From Mobula hypostoma (lineage: Eukaryota): a DNA stretch of 64,000 nucleotides. Location: positions 249,490,001-249,554,000 of the forward strand of contig NC_086097.1 in NCBI RefSeq assembly GCF_963921235.1, read 5' to 3'. Numbering within the stretch: the stretch's first letter is position 1; each line of letters begins with the position of its first letter. A model generated the notes under the pieces. That model ran no database searches. It saw only the letters and a list, made by a program, of their open reading frames with translations, and had not been told where the DNA came from. The position numbers were made by a program, and so were the translations under genes. Positions 24,743 to 38,142 of this stretch are shown here, piece after piece.

Positions 24743-27350
24743 ACATACATACACACACACACACAGAGCTAGGGTGCCCAAGACTTTTGCACAGTACTGT
24801 ATACTGCCTGACAGTCTTTGTTTATGTATAGTTTCTCTATTCTATTCTACTTCTTTTTTTCCCTGCAAATGCCTACAAGAAAATAAAGCTCAGGGTAGTA
24901 AATGGTGACACAGACATACTTTGAAAATAAATTTACTGGGACTTATTTTTTAAATCACATAAACACCAGAACGTACAGTGAAATGCATCATTTGCGTTAA
25001 CATTAACACAATCTGAGGATGTGCAGGAGGCAGCCCACAACTGTTGTAAGACGTTCTGGCATCGACAAGGCATGCCCACAATGAGGTGCTGTTATCACAG
25101 CTGCTCCCTGACACTCCAGCAATCTTGACGTCCAGTGCTGTCTGGAAACACTTTCCTGTGACTTCGTGGGTTCCTCCCGGGCTCTCCAGTTTCCTTCCAC
25201 ATTCCAAAGACACACAAAGTGCTACATTAACTGGTCACTGTAAATTACAACATAGAACAGGCCCTTCGGCCCACAATGTTGTGCCAAACCAAATAAATTA
25301 GCAATCAAATGGCCAACTAATCTAATCCCTAATACCTACACAATATCCACATCCTTCCATTTTCCTCACATTCATGTGCCTATCTAAAACATCTCTTAAA
25401 AGTCTCTAATGTATCTAACTCTACCACCATTCCAAGCACCCACCACCCTCTGTGTAAAAAAGTTGCCCCTCACATCTCCTTTGAAATTACTGCCCTCTCA
25501 CCTTAAGGGCCTGCCCTCTGCTATTGCCCATGGTAATAGTATGGGTGGTAAGATTAATAGGAATGAAAGGAAAATTAGTATTGCAACATCTTTGGTCTGA
25601 GTCAGCAGAGATTCAATGGGCTGAATAGCCTCCTCCTAGGCTGTAAAGGAAGTCCATTTCTCAAATATCCTTCACCCACTATTGAACTGGAAGTGAAATA
25701 GTGCCATACTTCATTCTGTAATAAAAGGTCAATTACTGTGTTCCTTATTGACCTGGCCTCCTTTAGTATTTTCTCTCTTCAGGAGTGCTAATTAAATTGT
25801 ACCAGTACATTCCACAAGATTAGACATAAATTGAATTGGATAAAATCAAATCTAGCTCACTGCATTTCAGCTCTCCATAAATTATCAACTTTATGTCTCT
25901 AGGCTTTTGAAAAGAATTCAGTAAGAATGAAGCCTTAATGCAATTTGAGACAGTGATCAAAGAACTGTATAAATATATAATTTCATTCACACATTCATTT
26001 TATACAATAAATTTACATTACTGTAAAAGTAATTTTTTTTTAAAAGAACTGCTAAATTTATCAATTGAAACCAGTGGACAGAACCTTCAAGGTCAAATAA
26101 AAATTATTCAAAAATGTATTGGACAACAGTTATTATAACAGAGAATTAAGGGTCTCAATTTGAAACATGGGTTGCTTATTCTTTTCCATAGACGCTGCCT
26201 GACCTGCGGAGTTCCTCCAGCATTTTGTGTGTTTCCCTTGATTTCCAACATCTGCAGAATCTCTTTTGTATTACAAGAGAGATTCATTTTTAGAGAGAGA
26301 AACATTTAACAGTAAAAATATCCATCACAGCTTTATCAGCACGTCAGCTTATACAGGCTTTGACCTGTACTACTGACCTGCTTAAACGGAACAGTGGCAT
26401 TAAATTCTGTAATAAGTATCACTAACCAAGTCAAATTCTGGAAAATTTAAATTCAAATAATTAGATCTGAAATGTTATAAAAAGCTAAACTTCCTCATGA
26501 TGTGCATGCAACTACAGGTTATCATACAACCCAGCTGTTTGCTACTATCCTCCAGGGAAGAAAATAGGCTCTCCTTACCTGTCCCATCCATGCATGACCA
26601 CAGACCTGCTGATATGTATTACTCTACACTACTTCCTTAGTTTAGGAGCAATTAGGATTGCCAGAAGTGCCAGAATTCCTATCCACAACCACATCCATGA
26701 ACAAATACACTTCTTGTGTCAAGATTAATGTTTCTAGTTCACTCTCATCTGCCTCGAACTTCCCAAAGCAGCCCAGTTAAGCAGAAAGAGGCCGACTGAA
26801 GTCAGAGTTACTAGGGTACATCTTTTTTTCCCCTCATGAAAAGATTAACTTTATTAGTCAGGTGTATACCAAAACACACAGTGAAATGTTGTTTACGTCA
26901 ACAACCAACAGAGTCCAAAGATTGTGTTCGGGCAGCTCGCAAGTGTCACCACGGCTCCAGTGCCGACATGGCACGCCCACAAATATCAAACCCCAACTGG
27001 ATGTCTTTGGAATGTAGGAGTAGACTGGGGCACCCAGAGGAAACCCACACAGTCACGGGGAGAACGTACAAACTCCTTACAGGCCAGTGGCAGGAATCGA
27101 ACCACAGTTGGTGATTACTGGGGCTGTAAAGCATTGCACTAATTGCTACACGACTGCGCCCAAGCTTTGGGAGCTTTAAAATAGCTTTTAAAAGATATAT
27201 CACTAAATTATGGAATTTCCTCTGCTCTTTCTGATATTCCAGACACCCTATCAATTACAGAAACTAACTTTCTGACACTCTGATAGGTCACTGACTTTAT
27301 AAACCTTCACAGAAGAGTAAACCAGGTTCTCCTCTCCCCCCCTTCCTACT

Positions 27351-28046
27351 CAATAGACAATAGGTGCAGGAGTAGGCCATTCGGCCTTTCGAGCCAGCAC
27401 CGCCATTCACTGTGATCATGGCTGATCATCCACGATCAGTATCCAGTTCCTGCCTTCTCCCCATAACCTTTGATTCCGCTATCTTTAAGAGCTCTATCCA
27501 TCTCTTTATTGAAAGCATCCAGAGACTTGGCCTCCACAGCCTTCTGGGGCAGAGCATTCCATATATCCACCACTCTCCGGGTGAAAAAGTTTTTCCTCAA
27601 CTCCGTTCTAAATGGCCTACCCCTAATCCTTAAACTGTGGCCTCTGGTTCTGGACTCACCCATCAGCGGGAACATGCTTCCTGCCTCCAGCGTGTCCAAT
27701 CCCTTAATAATCTTGTATGTTTCAATAAGATCCCCTCTCAGCCTTCTAAATTCCAGAGTATACAAGCCCAGTCGTTCCAATCTTTCGACATATGACAGTC
27801 CTGCCATCCCGGGAATTAACCTTGTGAACCTACACTGCACTCCCTCCATAGCAAGAATGTCCTTCCTCAAATTTGGAGACCAAAACTGCACACAGTACTC
27901 CAGGTGTGGTCTCACCAGGGCCCTGTACCGCTGCAGAAGGACCCCTTTGCTCTTATACTCAATTCCCCTTGTTATGAAGGCCAGCATGCTATTAGCTTTC
28001 TTCACTGCCTGCTGTACTTGCATGCTTGCTTTCAGTGACTGATGTC
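27351..28046 (-). mobile_element. CR1 LINE 3' fragment with an uninterrupted frame
   Basis: ORF 27436..28023. Confidence 0.87.
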
Positions 28047-29133
28047 ATAATCCATGCTCCGGCTTCCTTTCCTGTATTCCACTGCAACAGATTCGGATAA
28101 AACTGTAGGAAGTTGGCAACTCAGCCAGCTCCATCGTGGGCACAAGCTTCTCCAGTATAGAGGACATCTTCAAATGGAGCCTCACCGTGGACTTGCCCAG
28201 TTCGTTACTACCATTGGAGAGGAGGCGTAGGAGCCTGAAGAAACACTAAACATTTTAGGAACAGCACCTTCCCCTCCACCTGGTACAGTAGCGAAACAGT
28301 TGGAGTAACACTTTACACCTGCCAGCAGTAAGATTAGTGTTCAATTCCTGCCACTGTCAATAAGGACCTAGTACATTTTCCCCATGACGGTGTGGGTTCC
28401 TCCAGATGCTCCAGTTTCCTCCCATGTTCCCTGGAAACCTGGCGACACATGCAGGCTGCCCCCAGCATAATCCTCTGATTTGATGTAAACGATGCATTTC
28501 ACTGCACGTTTGATGACAAGTGACAAATAAAGTTAATCATTAATTTAATTTTATCTCAGGCATCAGATTAATGAAAGATCCACGAACCTATGAACACTAC
28601 CTCACTATGTTGTTCTTCTAAAGCATTACTTATTTATATTCTTTTAATTATTTATTTTTACATTTCCTATTGAACTTATAGTACTGCCGCAAAACAGCAT
28701 GACATATGTCTGTGATAATAAATTTGATTCTGATCTTAACAGATTCCATCATCTTCAGCTCTTTGTCATTTCTACCAATCACATAGAACATAGAATAGTA
28801 CAGCACAGTACAGGCCCTTCGGCCCACAATGTTGTGCCGACCCTCAAACCCTGCCTCCCATATAAGCCCCCACCTTAGATTCCTCCATATACCTGTCTAG
28901 TAGTCTCTTAAACTTCACTAGTGTATCTGCCTCCACCACTGACTCAGGCAGTGCATTCCACGCTTCGGATGCCGTTCCTACTCTCCCCATCTGTTTATTA
29001 CCTCACCTGGATCCACCCACAATCTCTTGTTCAACCCATTCACTCCATCTTTTTACACTGGCCATCTCCCCCCATCGTTCAGTCCAGGCAAAGAGTCTCG
29101 ACCCGAAACATTAACTAACAATTTCCCTCCATA

Positions 29134-30094
29134 AACAACAGGAATTCTGCAGATGCTGGAAATTCAAGCAACATACATCAAAGTTGCTGGTGAACGCAGC
29201 AGGCCAGGCAGCATCTATAGGAAGAGGCGCAGTCGACGTTTCAGGCCGAGACCCTTCGTCAGGACTAACTGAAGGAAGAGTGAGTAAGGGATTTGAAAGC
29301 TGGAGGGGGAGGGGGAGATCCAAAATGATAGGAGAAGACAGGAGGGGGAGGGATGGAGCTGAGAGCTGGACAGGTGATAGGCAGAAGGGGATACGAGAGG
29401 ATCATGGGACAGGAGGTCCGGGAAGAAAGACGGGGGGGGGGTGACCCAGAGGATGGGCAAGAGGTATATTCAGAGGGACAGAGGGAGAAAAAGGAGAGTG
29501 AGAGAAAGAATGTGTGCATTAAAAAGAGTAACAGATGGGGTACGAGGGGGAGGTGGGGCCTAGCGGAAGTTAGAGAAGTCAATGTTCATGCCATCAGGTT
29601 GGAGGCTACCCAGACGGAATATAAGGTGTTGTTCCTCCAACCTGAGTGTGGCTTCATCTTTACAGTAGAGGAGGCCGTGGATAGACATGTCAGAATGGGA
29701 ATGGGATGTGGAATTAAAATGTGTGGCCACTGGGAGATCCTGCTTTCTCTGGCGGACAGAGCGTAGATGTTCAGCAAAGCGGTCTCCCAGTCTGCGTCGG
29801 GTCTCACCAATATATAAAAGGCCACATCGGGAGCACCGGACGCAGTATATCACCCCAGTCGACTCACAGGTGAAGTGATGCCTCACCTGGAAGGACTGTT
29901 TGGGGCCCTGAATGGTGGTAAGGGAGGAAGTGTAAGGGCATGTGTAGCACTTGTTCCGCTTACACGGATAAGTGCCAGGAGGGAGATCAGTGGGGAGGGA
30001 TGGGGGGGACGAATGGACAAGGGAGTTGTGTAGGGAGCGATCCCTGCGGAATGCAGAGAGAGGCGGGGAGGGAAAGATATGCTTAGTGGTGGGA
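29134..30094 (-). mobile_element. Second young copy of the same PLE (3' ~960 bp: GIY-YIG, 3' UTR, hammerhead, tail)
   Basis: Near-identical reverse complement of about 1950-2916. 10-bp TSD tccctccata at 29124-29133 and 30095-30104. Confidence 0.92.
29230..29267 (-). ncRNA. Minimal hammerhead ribozyme motif (RECK-sense strand)
   Basis: Minus strand reads tagtc CTGACGA agggtctcggcct GAAA CGTC gactg, identical to the 428-465 motif. Confidence 0.85.
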
Positions 30095-30679
30095 TCCCTC
30101 CATAGATGTTCTCTGATCTACTGAGTTCTGTTATGTTGTGTAACTTCAAAAACTAATTCAAGGAAGACATGGGAGTCTGAATGTGAGTCTAACTTTGTGT
30201 TTACCTAAGCAAGGTGCACACGTGGTAGTGTCATGACATATGCAATTCACGTATTTTTACATATAACTATAATGAATTATATAAATAACAAAGAATGCTT
30301 CATCAAACAATATATTTACAAGATTGCTCAAATATTAATTACACAAGTTCCTCCAGGGCTTTTTGTTTGGCTCAGATTCCATTATCCACAGTGTCTTTTG
30401 TCTCTGAAGTAACAAGTACAAAATGCTGGAGGAACTCAACAGGTCAGGCAGCATCTATGGAAATGAACAAACAATCGACATTTCAGACTCAAAGGGTCTC
30501 AACCTAAAACATCAACTGTTTATTCCTTTCCATTGATGCTGCCCTACCTACTGAGTTCCTCAAGTATTTTGTGCGTGGTACTCCAGATTTCCAGCCTCTG
30601 CAGAATCTCTTGTGTTTATCTTTTGTTTCTAAACATGGCTAGTGTTTGCAAATTGTTAAATCACTAAGGAAAGCTTTAC

Positions 30680-30859
30680 CTGTTATTAAAATTAGTGCAG
30701 TATTTGAGATTTTGACAACCCAGTTGACACGGCTCTCGTATATCAGCCAGACATGTAAACATGGCGGCTTCCAGACGGTTATATTCACAGATTCTGTCAA
30801 ATTCTTGCCAGTGAGTTGTGCTCCCCCATCTGGTGCTGTACAACTTGATACACAGATCT
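30680..30859 (-). CDS. RECK: RECK coding exon (about exon 10), 180 bp: DLCIKLYSTRWG...CQLGCQNLKYCTNFNN(R)
   Basis: ggcag|A GAT...AAC AG|gtaaag; phase 2/2. Confidence 0.95.
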
Positions 30860-31270
30860 CTGCCAAATTGAGAGAGAAAACATTTCAAAGAGGAAATAGT
30901 CTTAAGATTAGAACATAAACCAGGAATACGCACAGCAATTCCTTCTATAAACTATAAAATTCATTTAATAATAAGTCTAATTAGTGCAAATTGCTGTCTT
31001 TAATTAGAGAAGGATAATTATGAATAGTAACATCGATTCTTGCAGTTTTCTGAAGCTTGTTTGAATTATCCCAGACACTGAAATACTTCTTATATCCCTA
31101 AATTATCCTGTTTCTTTTCATTGTAACCTCTTCAAAGAAATTGTGGCTTTATATGGCACTGCTTTGGCCTTGGAGCATTGTGAATGGTTTCGGGCCCTTA
31201 GCTTAGAACGGATGTGCTGACACTGGAAAGGGTTCAAAGGAGGTTCACAAGAATGATTCTGGGAATGAAG

Positions 31271-31785
31271 GGAGGAACTCACTGGGCCAGGCAGCATCTA
31301 TGGAAAAGGACAAACAACATTTCAGGCCGAGACCCTTCATCAGGACTGGAAAAAAAGAGGTGAGGTCAGAGTAAGAAGGTTGGTGGGGGGAGGTGGAGGG
31401 AAGTACAAGGTAGTTGGTGATAGGTGAAACCAGAAGAAAGGGAGGGGTGAAGCAAACAGCTGGGGAGTCGGTTGGTGAAAGAGACAGAGGGCTGGAGAAG
31501 GGGGAATTTGATAGGAGAGGACAGAAGGCCATGGAAGAAAGGGAAAGAAGAGGCGCACCAGAGGGAGGCGATGGGCAGGTAAGGAGATAAGCTGAGAGAG
31601 GGAAATGGGAATGAGGAATGGTGAAGGAGAGGGGCAGGGCGATTACCAGAAGTTTGAGAAATCAATGTTGATGCCATCAGGTTGGAGGCTACCCAGACTG
31701 AATATAAGATGTTGCTCCTCCAACCTGAGTGTGGCCTCATCACGGCAGTAGAGGAGGCCATGGACTGGCATGTTGGAATGAGAAT
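31271..31785 (-). mobile_element. Older PLE 3' fragment with a hammerhead-like motif at about 31312-31348
   Basis: EATLRLEEQHL..LGSLQPDGINIDFSNF-like coding end, and cagtc CTGATGA agggtctcggcct GAAA tgtt on the minus strand. Confidence 0.8.
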
Positions 31786-33629
31786 GCTACAGGCAATTAT
31801 TGCCTTGTGGTTTAGTGGCTGATATCTTAATGTTGCTTTGACTTTGCTGCATGCAAACATGAAGTCTTCCCTCTTTAGAATTGACAGTGTGCGACCAATT
31901 GCACACTTTTGATCTTATGAAGGGGGGAGGGGGAGGAGGAAGGGGATTCGGAGATGAGGGGGCAGGGGTAGGGATTGGAGGAGGGGGAGGGGAGACAGTG
32001 TTCAGGAATGGGTGGGAAGGGGGGAGGAGGAGGAAATACCGCTGGAATTAGTAGAAACTATTACCAGTAATCAAAAAGGACCTGATTCCGTACTGTATAA
32101 CTCCCCTCTTTTCTACCATACCCCACAATGATAGTGTAACAGTGAATGGTATCTAACCCCTAGGCCACAGGGTGCAGCTGTGTCAATAAGACTGTTATCC
32201 ACTAGGTTGACAACTGTGCCGTTTGTACTGCAGGCATTTGATTAATGGGTCTCCACTTGGCCAGGTCAAAACCCCATTCCTCCTCCAGATTTGCTCTTTC
32301 TCTGAGGGAGGCTTTGAATTTGATCCCTGTCATGGAGGAGGCACAGGCACAACCAGATGGCTTCACTGCTAATGTCAGAAATCACTGTTGTTGCAAAGTT
32401 CTGAATGGTTGCCTTTAACAACTACACACAATTAATATAGAACATAGAACACTATAGCACAGTACAGGCCCTTCGGCTCACGATGTTGTGCTGAATTTTT
32501 AACTTACTCTAAGATCAATCTAACCCTTGCCTCCTACATAGCTCTCAGCTCTCCATTTCTATATCATCCATGTTCCTATCCAAGAGTCTCTTAAATATCT
32601 CTAATGTATCAGCCTCTAATATTGTACGCCTGTTTCAAGTTGCCTCTCATCCTCCTTCACTACAAACAGAAAAACAATCATTTTTCTTTATTTATTTTTA
32701 TTTAGAGGTAGTGTGCAGAACAGGTCCTCCCGATCCAAAGAGCCCCCACCGCCCAGCAACCCACCAATTTAACATTGACCTAATCACCAGACAATTTACA
32801 TTCAGGTAGTTAAGCATCGTCTCAAAAGGGCAGATGCAAGGCTGGTTTCTGCCATCCAGCTCGTGCCCAATAATGAACAAGCATTGCTCTTAAACATAGC
32901 AATTCTACAGAGGAAGAGCTGATGGGCTTTTATTACACCAATCGTTTTTACCAAACCGCCTGATACAGCATGGTGACAATCACACTTAGTGCTCAATTTT
33001 ATTCTACAATTCAATTCCACAGTACAGAAAACAGAAGCAATCTGAACTACTCAGTTTGTCCAGCTTTCCGAGGTCTGCTGAGAGGACCATCAGGGTCTCT
33101 CTCCCCCACATCTCAGATATTTATCAGGAGTGCTGTGTACACAGGGCCTTAGGATTGTCAAGAGCCCCTCCTATCTGTCCAACAGCCTCTTTGATCTCCT
33201 ACCCTCAGGCAGGAGATACCATATCATTAGGACAAGAACTGTTAGGAAACAGCTTCTTCCTCAGGCCCTGCCAGCACCAGGTACAAATACCAGTAGCATT
33301 ATACTGTTAATTTTTTTTAAACTTGAGTCAGAAGTGCACCTTATTGTTTATAATTTATTTGTGGTAATATTACTTTATGGGTTGTGTACCTTTGTCCGAA
33401 GGAATGTAGTTTTGTTTAGTGATAAACGTGTGTACAATGGAATGACAACTTTTAGTGTGCTGCTCCTTGAAAACGTTTGTTTGCCTTGTGCCAGAACTCT
33501 GTGCTGTAATGCAAAAGCTATCAGCTGATATTTGATTTTCCTGGTATCTTATATGTGAGCATAAAAATTATTGCACTTCCATTATTTTTGCCCTTCTTAA
33601 GACATTTCAAAAGATAAAAGATAAAGATT

Positions 33630-35185
33630 AGACCATAAGACATACGAGCACAATTACTCCATTCAGCCCATTCAGCCTGCTCCATCATGATGGATCCATT
33701 TCCCTTTGAACCCTTTGCTCTTGCCTTCTCCCTGTAACCCTTCATATCCTGATCTATCAACCTCCACCTTAAATACACCAAATAACCTGGCCTCCACAGA
33801 CACCTCTGGTAACAAATTCCACAGATTCACCAAATCTCTGGCTAAAGGAATTCCTCATCTCCATTTTAAATGGAATTCCCTTTATTCTGAGGTTGTGCCC
33901 TCTGGTTCTACACTCACCTTTCATTGGAAAGATCCTCTCCTTATCCACTGTATTTGGTCCTTTCAACATTCAATGGATTTCAACGAGATCCCCCTGTATT
34001 CTTCTATATTTCAGGAACTACAAGCCCAGAACCATCAAACACTCCACATACAGTAAGTCTTTCATGCCTGGAATCATTTTTGTGAACCTCCTTTGAACCC
34101 TCTCCAACGTCAGCACATCCTTTCTTAGATAAGGAACCCAAAACTGCTCACAATATGCCAAGTGAGGACTCACCAGTGTCTTATCAAGCCTCAGCATTAC
34201 ATCCTTGCTTTTATATTCTAGTCTTCACCAAATGCCTTCCTCTCCACTGACTCAACTACAAATTAACTCTTAGGGAATCCTGCACGAGACTCCCAAGTCC
34301 CTTTGCACCACAGATTTCTGAATTTTCTCCCCAATTACTTAATATTATTTAAATGGGGAAAGAATTCAAAGTTCGGAGATGCAACGGGACTTGGGAGTCC
34401 TCGTACAGGATACCCTTAAAGTTAACCTCCAGGTTGAGTCAGTAGTGAAGAAGGCGAATGCAATGTTGGCATTCATTTCTAGAGGAACAGAGTATAGGAG
34501 CAGGGATGTGATGTTGAGGCTCTATAAGGCACTGGTGAGACCTCACTTGGAGTACTGTGGGCAGTTTTGGTCTCCTTATTTAAGAAAGGATGTGCTGACA
34601 TTGGAGAGGGTACAGAGAAGATTCACTAGAATGATTCCGGGAATGAGAGGGTTAACATATGAGGAACGTTTGTCTGCTCTTGAACTGTATTCCTTGGACA
34701 CCTCATAGAAACATTTCGAATGTTGATAGGCATGGACAGAGTGGATGTGGCAAAGTTGTTTCCCGTGATGGGGGAGTCTAATATGAGAGGGCATGACTTA
34801 AGGATTGAAGGGCGCCCATTCAGAACAGAAATGCAAAGAAATTTTTTTAGTCAGAGGGTGGTGAATCTATGGAATTTGTTGCCACGGGCAGCAGTGGAAG
34901 CCAAGTCATTGGGTGTATTTAAGGCAGAGATTGATAGGTGTCTGAGCAGCCAGGGCATCAAAGGTTATGGTGAGAAGGCGGGGGAGTGGGATTAAATGGG
35001 AGAATGGATCAGCTCATGATAAAATGGTGGAGCAGAGTCGATGGGCCGAATGGCCGACTTCTGCTCCTTTGTCTTATGGTCTAATTAGAAAATAGTCTAC
35101 ACTTTTATTCCTACTACCCAGAGTGTATGACCATACACTTCTTGACACTGTATTCCATCTGCCACTTCTTTGCCCATTCCCTAAT
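33630..35185. mobile_element. Minus-strand CR1 with a plus-strand CR1 (about 34338-35082) nested inside
   Basis: ORFs 34379..34708 and 34720..34995; aatta is duplicated at both junctions. Confidence 0.8.
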
Positions 35186-36509
35186 CAGAATCAGATTTAT
35201 TATCACCAGCATGTGTCGTGAAATTTGTTAATGTAGCAGCAGCAGTTCAATGCAATACATAATATAGAAAGAAAAAATAAATAAGTAAATCAATTACAGT
35301 AAGCATATTATGCACATTAGGTAGATTAAAAATAGTGTAAAATAGAAGTAAAATATAAATAAAAAGTGAGGTGGTGTTCACAGGTTCAATGTCCATTTAG
35401 GAATCGGATGGCAGAGGGGAAGAAACTGTTCCTGAATCACTGAGTGTGTGCCTTCAGGCTTCTGTACCTCCTCCCTGATGGTAGCAATGAGAAGAGGGCA
35501 TGTCCTGGGTGCTGGGGGTCCTTACTGATGGACACCACCTTTCTGAGGCACCCTTGAAGATGCCTGTGCAGTAGGCCCCCCCCCCACCCCATACCAGACA
35601 GTGATGAAGCATGTCAGAATGCTCTCCACGGTACATCTATAGAAGTTTCACGTGTTTTAGGTGACAAACCAATCTCTTCAAACTCCTAATGAAATATAGC
35701 CACTGTCTTGCCTTCTTTATTTCTGCATCGATAAGTTGGGACTGGGTTAGATCCTCAGAGATCTTGACACCAAGGAGCTTGAAATTGCTCACTCACTCCA
35801 CTATCCTATAAGGATAGATTTGTGTTCCCTCGTCTTACCCTTCCTGATGTCCACAATCAGCTCTTTCATCTTACTGACACTGAGTGTGAGGTTGCTGCTG
35901 AGAAACATTCAACTGACAGGAATATCTCATTCCTGTATGCATTCTCATCTCCATCTGAGATTCCACCAGTAACAGTGGTATCATCAGTAAATTACTGATG
36001 GTATTTCACTGGTATTTTTGAAGCAGGTAGGAACTTCCAACTGTAGCAGTGAGAGGTTGAAAATGTCCTGCCAGTTGCTTGGCGCAAGTTTTCAGAGCGT
36101 TCCCAGGTACTCCATCTGGGCCTGCCGCCTTGCAAGGGTTCACTCCTGCCTAAGTCCTTCTGAATTCTCCCTGCTCCTTCAACACTACCTTCCACCCACC
36201 TACCTTCATTTCATCCACAAATATGGTTACAAAGCTATTTGTTTTATTTGTCAAGACATACAGTGATGTGCGCTGCTTAAATTAATGAGAAACATGTGTA
36301 TAGTGTTCCAATGGACTTCTAGCCAGTTCCCCACACATAAGATGCAGACAGATGATATTCAGAAACCAAGTCTGATCCGTTTCCAGCTAGTGAAGTTCAC
36401 AAGCGAAATGGGAATAATCTTGACACATTCAACTCGACAGACAACTTGGACAAAGTATATTGCCAGATATGACAGCATAGGAATGTACACAGTTGTACTG
36501 CCTCTATAG

Positions 36510-36918
36510 TCTGGGGTGTGAGAATGGAGATACATCTCAACCAAAGGAGATGCAAGGTGCTTCTTCCCTCCACTAGCCTGCAGGTCACCCTTGAGTAAGG
36601 TGTAGCACCTGCTTAGCCCCCTGCTTCCCCCCACTCCCCGATCAGTATCACATGAAGCCATGGGAGCAGGTGGTGGATGGTCGTATGAGCAGCTGGTGCA
36701 GATCACAAGTCCTGGTTATGTGACCACTGACACCAGGCAGACAATCTCAGAAGAGTATTGATAATGGCTGGGATCACACGTCTTGTAAAGACACTGCCCA
36801 GAAGAAGACAATGGCAAACCACTTCTGTAGAAAAATTTGCCAACAACAATCATGGCCATGGAAAGGACATGATCGCCTATGTCATATGACACGACACATA
36901 ACAACTGAATGAATGAAT
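36510..36918 (+). mobile_element. About 400-bp RTE-related SINE-like repeat; minus-strand copies at 42922-45580 (split by a CR1) and about 63568-63915
   Basis: Three homologous copies with a gaagaag(g/a)caatg(g/t)caaaccact motif (partly deleted in the 63.6-kb copy), resembling the RTE/BovB-type 5' motif, and a short microsatellite tail. Confidence 0.55.
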
Positions 36919-38063
36919 ATTGGAGTCACTTACTTTAGTCACATTTACAGAGGATCAGAAGAGAAAACAGGTGGTTCTAGAAAGCTTTCCAAGAACCATT
37001 AAAACAATTCCAGGTTTTTCCAGGGAGGTTGGGTTATAACTAGATGTCATGGGTTAAGGGTGAAAGGTGAAATGTTTAAGGGGAACACGAGGGGAAACCT
37101 CTCGACTCAGAGGGTGGTGAGAGTGTGGAACGAGCTACCAGCTCAAGTGGTGGATGTGATTTTGATATCAACGTTTAAGAAAAGTTTGGATAGGTACATA
37201 GATGGGATGGTAAGGAGGGCTATGGTCCCAGTGTCGGTCAATGGGAGTAGGCAGTTAAAATGGTTTGGCATGAACTAGGTGAGCTGAAGGATTTGTTCTG
37301 TGCTGTAATTTTTTTAATGACTATTTATCTCTAAATAATAAAAAAGAGCTGGAGCACCATGATGATCTCAATGTTTTTGGATGACAGTTTGAGGATAAAG
37401 GGGAAGCCTTTTAGGACCGAGATTAGGAAAAACTTCTTCACACAGAGAGTGGTGAATCTGCGGAATTCTCTGCCACAGGAAACAGTTGAGGCCAGTTCAT
37501 TGGCGATATTTAAGAGGGAGTTAGATATGGCCCTTGTGGCTAAAGGGATCAGGGGGTATGGAGGGAAGGCTGGTACAGGGTTCTGAGTTGGATGATCAGC
37601 CATGATCACACTGAATGGCGGTGCAGGCTTGAAGGGCCGAATGGCCTACTCCTGCACCTATTTTCTATGTTTCTACGTTTCTACAAGTAAAGAAAGGATG
37701 GCGGTTAGGGAGGAGGGGTAGGGATGAGTGTTACACCTCAAGGTGACAAGGGAGAGTTCTGGGGTAGGGAGGGGCCAGTGTACAAGGGAGTCATGGAGAG
37801 AACGATTCCTACGTAAAGCAGAAAGGAGTCAAGAAAGAAACAAAGTTAACTTTTCAGTGTGAACTATTCATCTGATTTCTCTCCCCACCGATTTCTCTGG
37901 TCTGCTGACTACTGTTGGATCTGACTGTTCATTGTTATTTTCTTTGCAGTGTAACAATTAATTATCTGCTCCTATTTTAAGTAGCTTTTATATGCATGTA
38001 ACTGTTTATTATGCTTCCTGGTGGTCACAATATGTATATGCAACTTCAACTTGTTCCCCAATG

Positions 38064-38142
38064 CAGGGGCACCCAACCTGGGGTCCATGAACCTCTCAGT
38101 TAATGCAGGGGCCCATAGCAAAAGAAGGGCTGGGAACCCCTG
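38064..38142. mobile_element. About 80-bp hAT-Charlie-like MITE; copies at 39380-39458 and 42018-42095
   Basis: TIR-like ends caggggcacccaac / gctgggaacccctg. The 42.0-kb copy has approximate 8-bp flanking duplications ttctacct / ctctaccc. Confidence 0.55.

Noticed and set aside
31920..32035. G-rich tract as a regulatory G-quadruplex
   Set aside because: It is low-complexity purine-rich sequence similar to nearby PLE 3' UTR relics, with no independent evidence of function.
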